64,000 nucleotides of DNA from Octopus sinensis. Its lineage: Eukaryota. The notes under the pieces are model-generated. The model saw only the letters and a list, made by a program, of their open reading frames with translations. It was not told where the DNA came from and ran no database searches. This document shows, piece by piece, positions 1 through 11,723 of this stretch (position 1 is the first letter of the stretch; each line of letters opens with the position of its first letter). The translations under genes were made by a program, and so were the position numbers. The stretch covers positions 82,894,001-82,958,000 of the forward strand of contig NC_043001.1 in NCBI RefSeq assembly GCF_006345805.1, read 5' to 3'.

Positions 1-445
1 TACATATACAGCGAAGAGAGAGAGAGAGAGACAAATACCTGAATATTAAGTACTATAGAAATTAAATTCTTAATATACGTATATATATGTATATATATAT
101 GCATATGTGTGTCTTGTGTGTATATATATGTGTGTATGTTTATACATATGTATAAATAAACGTTTAAATACATACGTATATACATACATATATCATATAT
201 ATATATATAGATATATAATATATGTAATATATAATATATATATATATATATATAATATATATCTATATATTATATATATGTATGTATGTATATATGTATA
301 CATTTGTGTATATATAGAGGCAATTATGCGGATAAACATTAAACATAACAGATTCGGATTGATATAAAAAATATGTTATATTTATCCATGCACAACGAGA
401 GAAAGCAAAGACTGAAGACAATGAATATTTAAATAATAATATATA

Positions 446-810
446 CGGTTCCAGGTTCAGTCCCACTGCGTGGCATCTTGGGCAAGTGTCTTCTGCTATA
501 GCCCCGGGCCGACCAATGCTTGTGAGTGGATTTGGTAGACGGAAACTGAAAGAAGCCTGTCGTATATATGTATATATATATATGTATGTGTGTGTTTGTG
601 TGTCTGTGTTTGTCCCCCTAGCATTGCTTGACAACCGATGCTGGTGTGTTTACGTCCCCGTCACTTAGCGGTTCGGCAAAAGAGACCGATAGAATAAGTA
701 CTGGGCTTACAATGAATAAGTCCCGGGGTTGATTTGCTCGACTAAAGGCGGTGCTCCAGCATGGCCGCAGTCAAATGACTGAAACAAGTAAAAGAGTAAA
801 GAGTAAAGAG
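446..810 (+). mobile_element. tRNA-derived SINE, family A (5'-truncated copy)
   Basis: B-box-like GGTTCAGTCCC, then gcgtggcatcttgggcaagtgtcttc body, internal (TA/TG)n and (AAAGAGT)n tail; collinear with the full copy at 54507-54919. Confidence 0.9.
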
Positions 811-819
811 TATATATTT

Positions 820-1670
820 ATAGATCAAACTTAGACAGAGTACAAATGACATAGAAAATTAGGGGGTGGGGTGAAGTAAGGTGTTATAAGCTCAACAGCT
901 GTTTCTGGAATCTCGGAGATACACCATTATGTTGGTATATGTAGTTCATCACAATGTGCAGGCCGTTAAGGAGGCCATCAACATTGGAGAAATCGAGCCT
1001 CCGTCATCAAGCTGTTATATTCATTTTGTTTATCAGCCTGTTATCTGTCAAACTTGCCACATGTCCAACCCAGTAGGACTTTTGGTTTCGGTATTCTGTG
1101 TTCAAGTCGTTCACTCCACTTCCTTCCCGAATTACCTCATTTCCGATATGTTCTCGCAATAATATACCCAGTATGGATCATTCGCTGCCAATTAACTCTT
1201 TCCCTTTTCGTAAATGCCCATATCCCATTTGCATATAAGAGCGCAGACAGTATGGTACTGCTGAAAAGTCTGGTACGTATAGTCTTGTCTAGTTTTGCTT
1301 TGACCACATCCTTTATTCACGTAAACGTCTTCCATCCTGTTCTTATTCTCCTCCTGATTTCGCATCCATGTTTTGGCGCCTTTTCACTGAATACCCTAAG
1401 CAGTCATATCCCTTTACCTCCTCGATTTCACCACTTCCCACCTCTATTCAGCTTGGTGCTGTTTTCAAACCAAATGTATTTTGTTTTCATGCGGTTTGTA
1501 TGAAGGTCTATTGCTGCGTTGTGGGTATCTTGCTCTCTCAGTATAATCTATAGCTGATCTGAGTTTTCGGCGATAAGTGCGCTGTCATCTTCGAATCGAA
1601 GATGTCTAATAGTTCGTCGTTGATCTTTGACCTTTTCTAGACTTGCCCTTGTTAAATTCCCTTCCAAATC
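820..1670 (-). mobile_element. Decayed RTE-clade LINE, RT C-terminal region and 3' end
   Basis: Minus-strand translation across stops and frameshifts gives KINDELL/RHLRFEDDSALIAENSDQL (the HLRFADD motif) and ...NEVIREGSGVNDL...YWVGHVASLTDNR, typical of the RTE C-terminus. Confidence 0.8.
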
Positions 1671-1799
1671 GGAACTATGTATATGTATATATATATATAA
1701 TATATATATATATATCATTCAACTACGGTAGTAGTTGTATAATACACTAATTATATTATTTACATTTGACAGATATTTGTCCTCATCTTGTTTGTTGTT

Positions 1800-1845
1800 A
1801 ACACAACGTTTCGGTTGATATACACTCCAGCTTTCTTCAGGTGTC
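1800..1845 (-). ncRNA. Minimal type-I hammerhead ribozyme motif, stem II degraded
   Basis: Minus strand reads GACAC-CTGAAGA-A-AGCTG-gagtgtatat-CAACC-GAAAC-GTT-GTGTT. Core and stem I are intact; stem II has two mismatches. Same repeat family as 2797-2842. Confidence 0.6.
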
Positions 1846-1903
1846 TTGGGGAAATTTCGAGCCTGGGTTCTCATTCCTAAGGTATTTTTCGATGTTGTTG
1901 TTA

Positions 1904-1968
<65 letters not shown>

Positions 1969-2523
1969 GAGTGAGCGAGCAGAGCATGCCATCAAAGTGA
2001 CACTGGGGTAAAATATACGAAGCCCAGTATACCCATCATGACTACCCGTCTGATAAGGGCACACCAGGCACATGCATCACAACCATATGTGCGCGAAATG
2101 GTGATCTCATATCAAGATAAACAGCACATGACCTTGCAGGTGGAGCCCAGTTAGAATTTTCTTCAGATCGAGTAACCCATCCCGCTCAAAAGGTCCCTGA
2201 ATAAGGGTTGTTTAAGGACGTTGAACGAAACACCCATGTTTCCAGAGGTGAATTATTCAAACCCCAAAGAATCCTTCTCAACACATGGCTATGATGCTCC
2301 CCCACTACTTCTGCTCGTGATCAGAGATGACATATCGTCAGCCACTAAGGGACATGCTCAACTGGTTAAGGTCAAACACTGACCAAGCAAATCTGTGGTA
2401 TTGAGCAGAATATTTGCTGTAGCCCATCTTTTATACCAAGACAAAACAATGTACATGATAACACTTCCAATCAGTTAAGATCAGAAGCCATGAGAGCCGC
2501 TGCCTGGTACTGCATCAGGGAAT

Positions 2524-2525
<2 letters not shown>
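1969..2525 (-). mobile_element. ~550-bp non-coding interspersed repeat embedded in (TAA)n
   Basis: Reverse-complement copy at 17493-18025; fragments at 14082-14171 and 30921-31088; flanked by TAA/TTA arrays. Strand assigned from the (AAT)n tail. Confidence 0.85.
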
Positions 2526-2605
<80 letters not shown>

Positions 2606-2620
2606 CATTATTATTATTGA

Positions 2621-2663
<43 letters not shown>

Positions 2664-2685
2664 ATTGTTATTGTTATTGTTATTG

Positions 2686-2755
2686 TTCAGGTCACTGCTT
2701 GTAATCGAACTCGGAATCTTGGGGTTAGTAGCCCGCGCTGTTAACCACTGCGTCA
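2686..2755 (-). mobile_element. tRNA-derived mini-SINE head with (CAATAA)n tail
   Basis: Minus strand TGACGCAGTGGTTAACAGCGCGGGCTACTAACCCCAAGATTCCGAGTTCGATTAC has A-box- and B-box-like motifs; no 3' acceptor stem. Confidence 0.7.
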
Positions 2756-2796
2756 TTTAGCTTAGGAATGAGAACCCAGGTTCGAAATTTGCCCAA

Positions 2797-2842
2797 GACA
2801 CCTGAAGAAGGCTGGAAGGTATATCAGCCGAAACGTTGTGCT
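2797..2842 (+). ncRNA. Minimal type-I hammerhead ribozyme motif with intact core
   Basis: GACAC (stem I)-CTGAAGA (core)-A-GGCTG gaaggtatat CAGCC (stem II)-GAAAC-GT-T (palindromic ACGT stem III, GUU cleavage triplet)-GTGCT (stem I, GTG pairing with CAC). Confidence 0.75.
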
Positions 2843-4269
2843 AACAACAAACAAGATGAGGACAAATATCCGTCGAATGTAAATAATGTAAATAATGCAC
2901 ATAATTCCACATCTCTTAAATAGAGAACTGTTGTTGAATAATATTCTTAAGGTCGCAATTTACTCACACACAGCATCTTTCAAAGCTTGTCGCTAATTCA
3001 TTTCTTAACCAAATTAAAAACTGTTAACATTGTTGAAGAGGACTGACCCCGAAGCTACATTTTGGCATAAAAAATTGAGATTTGATCCAATAGAGAAAAG
3101 TTTACATCAAAATGTGTAGCAACGTTATAGGAGAGTAAGTAATAACACCAATCAAGTTTAGATCTAAATTATTATTTCTTATTTTAAAAGCAAAATATAT
3201 TTATCTTAGCTTCATTGATAGAAAAAAACATGAAGAACTTCATAGTTTTGTTCCCATGCAGCAAAAATTTCTATCAAAACAGTTGTGAGGTAAAATATTA
3301 TGACAAAAAATATAAAGATAATTAACTTTTTTATTTTCAAAACAGACTATATTTGAATTAGATTTATATGATAAAGCTCAATTCGGGGATTTCATGGTAT
3401 CAGTCATATGCAACGAAGTTTTAAAAGAAAAAAGTTATCAGTATTTGTTTCTCAAGTTTGAGGGTGATAATATAGTTCTATACTTTTTATGAATATAAGG
3501 GGACTTTTAGTATGTCACCGGAGTCATTGAGGCAAGGAAATAATTATCAACAACACCGCTAATTGACACATTTGACACATTACTAATTAGCATAATAGCA
3601 TAGCCTGGAAAAAAATTTGAATATAAAAAATTATTTGATTTTAATTTATAAAGTGACGTTATAATTATAGAAGGTACCACCATTTTGCTAAAATATTGAC
3701 ACACTAGAATACTTAAAAGATGAGAGTCAGAAGCACCAATATAGCTAAAGTTTTATGCAAAGTAGAATAGTATATATGGTAGGCAAATTCATTATGTAAA
3801 AAATAGGTATTGGGTCAAGACTAAAAATGTGAAAACTTAGCAATAACTTTACTGTGAGTTTATTGTTATAGGTAGATTTTACTGTAATATAAAACTAATT
3901 TTTGTATTATTCTTTTTATTGTACTAACTAACTATGTACTACTGTTATTTTTTATAACCTATTTTCCAATTTTTAATTATTAATTAATAATCAAAAATGA
4001 ATTTTTACACACACACCACACACACACACACACCCATATATAGATATATATATTATATATATATATATATGTGTGTGTGTATATATGTATATAGAATTTA
4101 GAGACAAACTGCTATTTAGATATTCAACCAATACTGAAATGATATAATCTATAATACCCACACAGAAAAACTGCCAGATTGAATTTTTTTCCCTTTTGGC
4201 TTAGAATTTCTATATTCCCTAACTATTAATAATATGAATATATATATATTCACATATTAGAGTGAGGTC

Positions 4270-4460
4270 CTGTTTGAGCATTGCTTTGAAGAATTTCTGG
4301 TCGAATGGATCGACCTCTGTGCTTATTTAAAAAAAAAAAACTGGTACTTATTCTATAGGTCTTTTTGGTCGAACCGCTAGCTTATGAGGACGTAGGTACA
4401 TCAACACCTGTTGCCAATCCATGGTAGGTGCGAAACGCAGACATAAAGCACACACACACT
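4270..4460 (-). mobile_element. Decayed SINE family A 3' half
   Basis: Reverse complement matches the family-A tail (ggtacttattctat..ggtc..tttggtcgaaccgctag..gacgt). Confidence 0.7.
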
Positions 4461-4461
4461 A

Positions 4462-4492
<31 letters not shown>

Positions 4493-5070
4493 ATGTGTGT
4501 GTGTGTGTGTGTGCGCGCGCATGTATGTACTGTATGTATGTATTATATAATAGCGAATATAGTCAGATTAACGATTATGTATGAAATGTTTAAACAAACA
4601 TACATAGATGCCTATATATATGTGTGTGTGCATACATATATATATGCAAATATATATATGTGCGTGTGTGTGTGTGTGTGTGTGCATATATATATGTATG
4701 CACATACACACATATAGGTATCTATCTATCTATATATATACATGCGCACGCTCACACACATACACACTCACACACATATATACCTGCTTATACACACACA
4801 TGTATATTAAGCTACCGATGACTATTTTAATATTAATGATTAATATATATTCGTATGCGAGAAGGATAAGTTCAAATATACTCTAAATCTACATCCTAAG
4901 ATCATAAATATAAATATGAATATGTATCTCTGTGGATGTGCATATTTGGGTGTATGAGTGCATACGCAAATATATGTCTGTAGGTGTGCAAAGGTGGATG
5001 GTCGCATATTCAGACACGTCTTCAGAGTAACGTTACTCGCATCCATAATAACATTGGTGTGCACTCCTCT

Positions 5071-5440
5071 ATCTACCTACCTACCTACCTACCTACCTAC
5101 CTACCTACCTACCTACCTACCTACCTACCTACCTACCTACCTACCTACCTACCTACCTACCTACCTATCCTACCTACCTATCTACCTACCTACCTACCTA
5201 CCTACCTACCTACCTACCTACCTATCTACCTACCTACCTACCTACCTACCTACCTACCTACCTGCCTACCTACCTACCTACCTGCCTACCTGCCTACCTA
5301 CCTACCTACCTACCTGCCTACCTACCTACCTACCTACCTAACTACTACTACCTACCTACCTACCTACCTACCTACCTACCTACCTACCTACATACATACA
5401 TACATACACATATACACATATACTACCAACCTACCTACCT
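5071..5440. repeat. (CCTA)n tetranucleotide microsatellite with (CATA)n end
   Basis: Directly visible; source of the (TYLP)n ORFs. Confidence 0.95.
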
Positions 5441-6783
5441 ACTTAAACCTTTATCTATCTGTATCTATCTGGCTTTCTTTCTGCTTTTCTATCTTTCTGT
5501 TCTTCTGCCTCTTTGTCTGTTTGTCTGTCTCTCTTCCTCTCTCTTTCTACTTATAAATGTATATATGCATTATATATGTACGTATGTGTGTATGTGTGTG
5601 TGCGCGTGTGTGTATACATATGCATACATGTAAATGTATATGTGGCTCTGCAGTTGTGCGGTAAGAAGCTTGCCTCCCAACCACATAGTTCCAGGTTCAC
5701 TTCCAAAATATAAAAGTGAAATTTTCCGACCTTGCCCTCACGAGCGCAGATATGTTCTTGGAGACTGGTGGACCGGACCATGACTATAAATGTTAGTTTT
5801 GGTGATAGTATCGCAGAAAGTGTTGATAATGGTGGTGTTCATAGCGTTGATCATAGTAGTCTTGTTGGTAGTGCTGATGGTTGTGGTGGTGGTGGTTGAT
5901 GGTGGTGTTGGTGTTGTGGATGCTGGCTTTGATAATAATGTTGAATGCAGTTTAGATGTTAGTGTTGGTTGTAGTGTTGTCAGTGCTTGTTGTTGTTGGC
6001 TTTGTTCTTGGTAGTGTAAAGGGTAACTTTATAGTTAACATAAGGAGACATTAGTAGTGGTGTCTACGGTGTTGGTGGTATTCATGACGGTAGTTTTATT
6101 GGCAATATAAATGATGTCAATGTTGGTACAGAGTGGTGGTCGTATGGATTATGTGGGTGGCAGTACCTATAACGTTAGTACTGATGCTGGTGGCATTACT
6201 AAACAACAGCATTACTCAACAATGATAAAAGTGATTCATTTTTCAGCTGTTCAAATAACTTGATTCAAACAGTAACACTAACTTGACAATAAATGACGGG
6301 GGGCAAGACCAGCTGGAGTCATAGATTATAAATTATTTTTCATTATCCGAGATATATTTCATTGATCTGCGACCGATTTATTTGTTTATATACACATTTA
6401 AGAGGAGCAAATATTTAAAATGATACCAGATCACGTATACGAAGTGACATACAATGAACATATTCAAGTGACTCAATGACTTCAGCATCCCTTTGCCAGG
6501 AGAATATTTGCAAACATCATGAAACGAATATTTTTTTTGTTTCCCTGACATCACGAATCTGCAGTTCTTGTTTGCTTTCTGCATATAAAGCTGTCAGGTT
6601 TTGTCTAAAACGGTGTTACCAATAAACAGTCAAAGAACAAAGAATTCAGTATTCGTCATATTATGGTTATACTCATCGACACGGTCTACGCAGTATGCAC
6701 GCGCGCATCTGTATGCGTGTGTATGTATATGTGTTTGTATGTGCATGCGTGTGTGTGTGTGTGTGTAACAAATAGAGGGTGAT

Positions 6784-6826
<43 letters not shown>

Positions 6827-7309
6827 AAGGTGCGTGTATATAACTATGCGTATATACTTTGATGTATGCATATATGAATGCATATATGCGTGTATGTTTA
6901 TACGATTGCATGTAAAAATGTATGTAGGCATTTGTGTATGAGTGGTTATATGTATAAAAAGAGAAAGGAAACATACATGCATACGCGTATGTATGCGTGT
7001 ATGTATGAATGCGCGCGTGTGTGTGCGTGCGTGTGTTTGTGTGTGTGTGTGTGCGTGTATGTGTATGTTTGTTTGCGTACAGGCTGGGCAAAAAGTTATG
7101 TGCGAAATAAGTTCAATACACTTCAGAATTGTTAAAGACATGTTTGAATTATTCTAGAACTGAATAAAATAAATAAAATAGAATAATGGTGAGCACACAC
7201 TTCCTTGCACATGATGAACAAAGTGAATAATAACAATGGTAATAATAAAATAATGTAAATATGTTATCTTTTTTCGTGTTTGGCCCAACTTGTATATATA
7301 TATATTATA

Positions 7310-7462
7310 CGTTTATATATTCGTTTTGCAAGATTCTTGATGTGAATCCGTGCTGGAACAGATATTGTTGTATTTGGGGATGGTCATGTTGCCAGTTTAG
7401 CCAATATAGTACGTGTCTTTTTATTGGCTAAACTGGCAACATGACCATCCCCAAATACAACA

Positions 7463-7466
<4 letters not shown>
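7310..7466. repeat. Fold-back repeat with 45-bp perfect inverted repeat
   Basis: Arms 7362-7406 and 7422-7466 are exact reverse complements with a 15-bp spacer; the same family occurs at 14551-14670. Confidence 0.9.
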
Positions 7467-7528
<62 letters not shown>

Positions 7529-7564
7529 CATATATATATATATATATATACATATATAATATAT

Positions 7565-7600
<36 letters not shown>

Positions 7601-7667
7601 TGTATGCATGTATGTATGTATGTATGTGTATGAATGTATGCATGTATGTATGTGTATATGTATAACG

Positions 7668-7989
7668 GGCCATCCGTCGGTTACGACGACGAGGGTTCCA
7701 GTTGATCCGATAAACGGAACAGCCAGCTCGTGAAATTAACGTGCAAGTGACTGAGCACTCCACAAACAGGTGTACCCTTAACATAGATAATTGGGAGAAT
7801 CAGCACGACATATAATGTGACAAGGATGATCCTTTGAAACTCAAGTAGTACTCACGTTTGCTAGTTGAATGAGCTGGAGCAATGCAAAATAAAAGTGCCT
7901 TGCTCTAGGACACAATACGTCGCCGGGGATTGAACTCACGTCCTTACGATTGTCAGCCGTATACCCTAACCACTAAGCCACACGTCTTC
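7668..7989 (-). mobile_element. tRNA-derived SINE, family C
   Basis: Minus strand: A-box tggcttagtggttagg, B-box gagttcaatccc, ttgtgtcctagagcaaggcac body, and a 3' tail cgttaatttcacgag...ggaaccctcgtcgtcgtaaccgacgga shared with 60905-61287 and 28105-28400. Confidence 0.85.
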
Positions 7990-8057
7990 ACATACGCACA
8001 CACACATACACGCACACATGCACACACACACACATACACACACATACACACACACAC

Positions 8058-8650
8058 GTGAGGTGTTCATTGAAGATTTACCTTGAGCCACTTCCGGTTA
8101 TTGCAGGAAACGGAACACGTACAGGTAAAATCATACGTGTCTTTACATGTCACATTGTAAATTGCAGCTTTGCACTAGTATTTGTTTGTCTTTTACGGCT
8201 GCTGAATTGGACTAAGGTGTTATAATGGAGGCAGTTGAATGCAGATCAGTGATCAGGTTCTTATACTTGAAAGGTCGTACACTAAAAGCGACTTTGGATG
8301 CAATGAAAGAAGTTTGTGGTGACGATGCCCCATCATACAACGTAGTCAAGCACCGGCATCGCCAGATCAAATGTGGTCGGACATCGGTGGAAACTGCTCC
8401 TATTCTTAGACGACCACATTCCGCCATTGATGACGACACCATCCATAAAGTGTTAGCCGACATTTTGGAGGATATCCGCATAACTATTCGGCAACTAGCC
8501 CCAGAAGTGAAGATAAATTTGGGGTCCGTGGAAAAAATCCTTCACGACCATATGCACATGTGGAAGTTGGTAATTCACCGGATGTTCACGCCTTTTCAGA
8601 AGCTGCAACGAGTCAGTAACTCCCAGTCTTTTTTGACAATGTGCACGTAA
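8058..8650 (+). mobile_element. Mariner transposon relic, 5' half (irritans-like N-terminus)
   Basis: ORF 8225-8650 MEAVECRSVIRFLYLKGRT...YGDDAPSY-like...GRTSVETAP...RRPHSA...RITIRQLA...SVEKILHDH matches the two mariner HTH domains; no DDD catalytic half. Confidence 0.85.
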
Positions 8651-9092
8651 AAAAAAATTGTAATGGTATTCCCTTGAAGTCATCTTTCGTTTTGACGCTC
8701 AGAACTGTTATCCAGATCAGCTGGTTTTGTTCGTTAATTTCCGTAAAACTTTTTTATTTATTTACTTTTGTTTTAAAGTGAGAGAGGAGAAAGTGTATAC
8801 GAAATGAACTCGTGTGTGTGTGTGTGTTGTGTTGTGTGTGTGTGTGTTGCGTGCGTGTGAGAGTGAGAGCCACTTATACATGAGAGCACGTACGTTCACT
8901 CACTCACCCTCTCTCTCTCATAGACACACACATATACACCTACATGCAAAAAAGATGTACGCATATGTATTGATGTATGTACGTATACATGACAACACAC
9001 CCCTTCACTCACCCTCTCTCTTTCTCTTTCTCTCTCTCTCTTTTTCTCTCTCCTTCTCTCTTCCACTTTCTCTCTCTTTCAGTATCTCTCTT

Positions 9093-9143
<51 letters not shown>

Positions 9144-9865
9144 ACACACACATCTATCCATATACACGTACATACATCTTTCACTTTCGCCTCTCTTTCC
9201 CTTTAAAACAAAAGTAAATAAAAATAAAATATTTTTACAGAAGTTAATGACTTGAAAATAAAAAAAAAAAACATTAAAATATTGCCTGTTTAAAGAAAAC
9301 TAAAATATAAATACTTATTGTACAAACAACATTCAGTGAAAAGTATTTCTAAATGATTAAAATATTGTGTGTGTCAATAAGCCGACGTTTTTTTTCTTCT
9401 TCTTAGAGAGCGCGAAGATTATGTGTGTGTATATGTCACAGATTAGTGGACGAGTGTTTGCGTTGATTGACACGCCATGACGTCACTGAAGCCATGTTTT
9501 CTTTCGTCAAGAAATAACTAACAAAATTTGTGTTTACTCGTTTTCACTAATAAATAGAGGTCCATATATCACAAATATTTGTACTACACTGCTGAGGGTA
9601 AGTATGAAAATAAATATGCAAAAAAAAAAAAAAATCAAGATAAAATATATTATTCCTGAGGTATTTCGGGAATAGACACACATCTCTAGAGCTTTAGTAT
9701 TATCAAAATGGATCTACCGATGTGAAGATCTACTGAGGATAATAAAATTAACTGGAGGTTTTCTACACTCACGGAGGTTAGCCAGCAATATTAACCGGTA
9801 AAAATGAATAGGGTACCTGCTAGGAATGTATATCCCTACCAACCAAATTTGAAAATTTACCTTTA

Positions 9866-9923
<58 letters not shown>

Positions 9924-10186
9924 TATATATATATTATATAGATATATATATATATATATATATATAATATACATTTATATATATATATATATACATATAT
10001 ATATACGCACATATATACGTTAATGTCGAACACCGCATTGGTGGATAAAAAATTCTTTATTTGCGTATTGAGGTCGACATTGGTTTCATGTTAAGAAAAT
10101 ATCCTAGCAGGTTTTCAAGATGATCACATGGTAAAATTGGTGTTCATCTCTATCTCTATCTAATACATACATACATACATACGTAT

Positions 10187-10228
<42 letters not shown>

Positions 10229-10426
10229 GGAAAATAAGACAAGGTAGAAAATGCTAAAATAATTTTATCATAAAGAACATTATAGTGCTGGTTTCAGCCT
10301 TTGCGACTTTTCCAATTGAGGATAAAACATGAAAAACAATTAGATTGTGGAAAAATTAAATGAAATGGTTTTTAAAATATTTCCACAGTTTTCAAATTCA
10401 AAGGACATATTTCTTTTATCTGTCTG

Positions 10427-10458
<32 letters not shown>

Positions 10459-10460
10459 TT

Positions 10461-10670
10461 AGAAAACACCCCACCTTTTATCAATTCAATAATGAAACGT
10501 ATATATTTGGTTATATACCAAATATATACGATTTATTTACTATTTTGCACATTACTTAATCATTGTTATTTGTTTTATCTTATATTTATTCTTTCTATAA
10601 TATAAATTTTCTAAATGGTATAATTTAATTTTTCATTATTGAATTGATAAAAGGTGGGTTTTTTTTTCTA
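10461..10670. repeat. MITE-like or fold-back element with 28-bp perfect inverted repeat, in (TA)n
   Basis: cccaccttttatcaattcaataatgaaa (10470-10497) is the exact reverse complement of 10631-10658. Confidence 0.8.
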
Positions 10671-10707
10671 ATTTATATATATATATTATATATATATATA
10701 TATATAT

Positions 10708-10750
<43 letters not shown>

Positions 10751-10826
10751 TTTGTGAAATTTGATTTAGTATTTCTAAATTGAACTTTTCCTTGTAAGTT
10801 TGGAATAATATTCCCTCATATTATTA

Positions 10827-10891
<65 letters not shown>

Positions 10892-11049
10892 TATACCGGA
10901 GTAAACACATAAACGTGAAACAAGGTGGAAAAAAAGAGTACTCAAAAACGGGAACGTGAAACTCAGAGTAACAGTTTTGTTGAATTTTCTGCTGCTTTAA
11001 ATAAAATATATATATCTATATATGCATATTTGTATGTCAGCATAGACAA

Positions 11050-11268
11050 TCACTTCTACTCTGGGCACAAGGGCTTGAAACTGTGGGGAAAGGGAGCTAG
11101 TCGATTAAATCGACCCCAGTGGCTCACTGTTACTAAATTTATCGACCTCGAAAGGATGTAAGGCAAAGTTGACTTCGGTGGAATTTAAACTCAGAACGTA
11201 GCGAGAGGCCGAATACCACTAAGCATTACGTCTAGCATTCTAACGATTCTGCCACCTCACCGCCTTAT
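11050..11268 (-). mobile_element. tRNA-derived SINE, family B
   Basis: Reverse complement of taaggcggtgaggtggcagaatcgttag...gagtttaaattccacc..gtcaactttgcc..tcgaggtcgataaatt..gtaac..ggggtcgattt. Confidence 0.85.
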
Positions 11269-11453
11269 ACGTCAGCATAGATAATAACCGCACGGGCGTT
11301 CCATTAAACAATAAGTTAAAAACATAACAAATAGACAAATAAATGAAAAACAAGCACAAAAGTTCACCAAATCCTCATCAGTTTCACTCTAGCAAATTGC
11401 AATTGCTAGTTAATGGGTGCGAATTGCACTTCTTAGATACACACAACCACGCC

Positions 11454-11544
<91 letters not shown>

Positions 11545-11568
11545 GTCTGTCTGTCTGTCTGTCCGTAC

Positions 11569-11644
<76 letters not shown>

Positions 11645-11659
11645 CTATCTATTTATCTA

Positions 11660-11723
<64 letters not shown>

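Noticed and set aside
11374-11386. CTGATGAG next to GAAA on the minus strand
   Set aside because: GAAA lies immediately upstream of CUGAUGA with no stems, which is the wrong geometry
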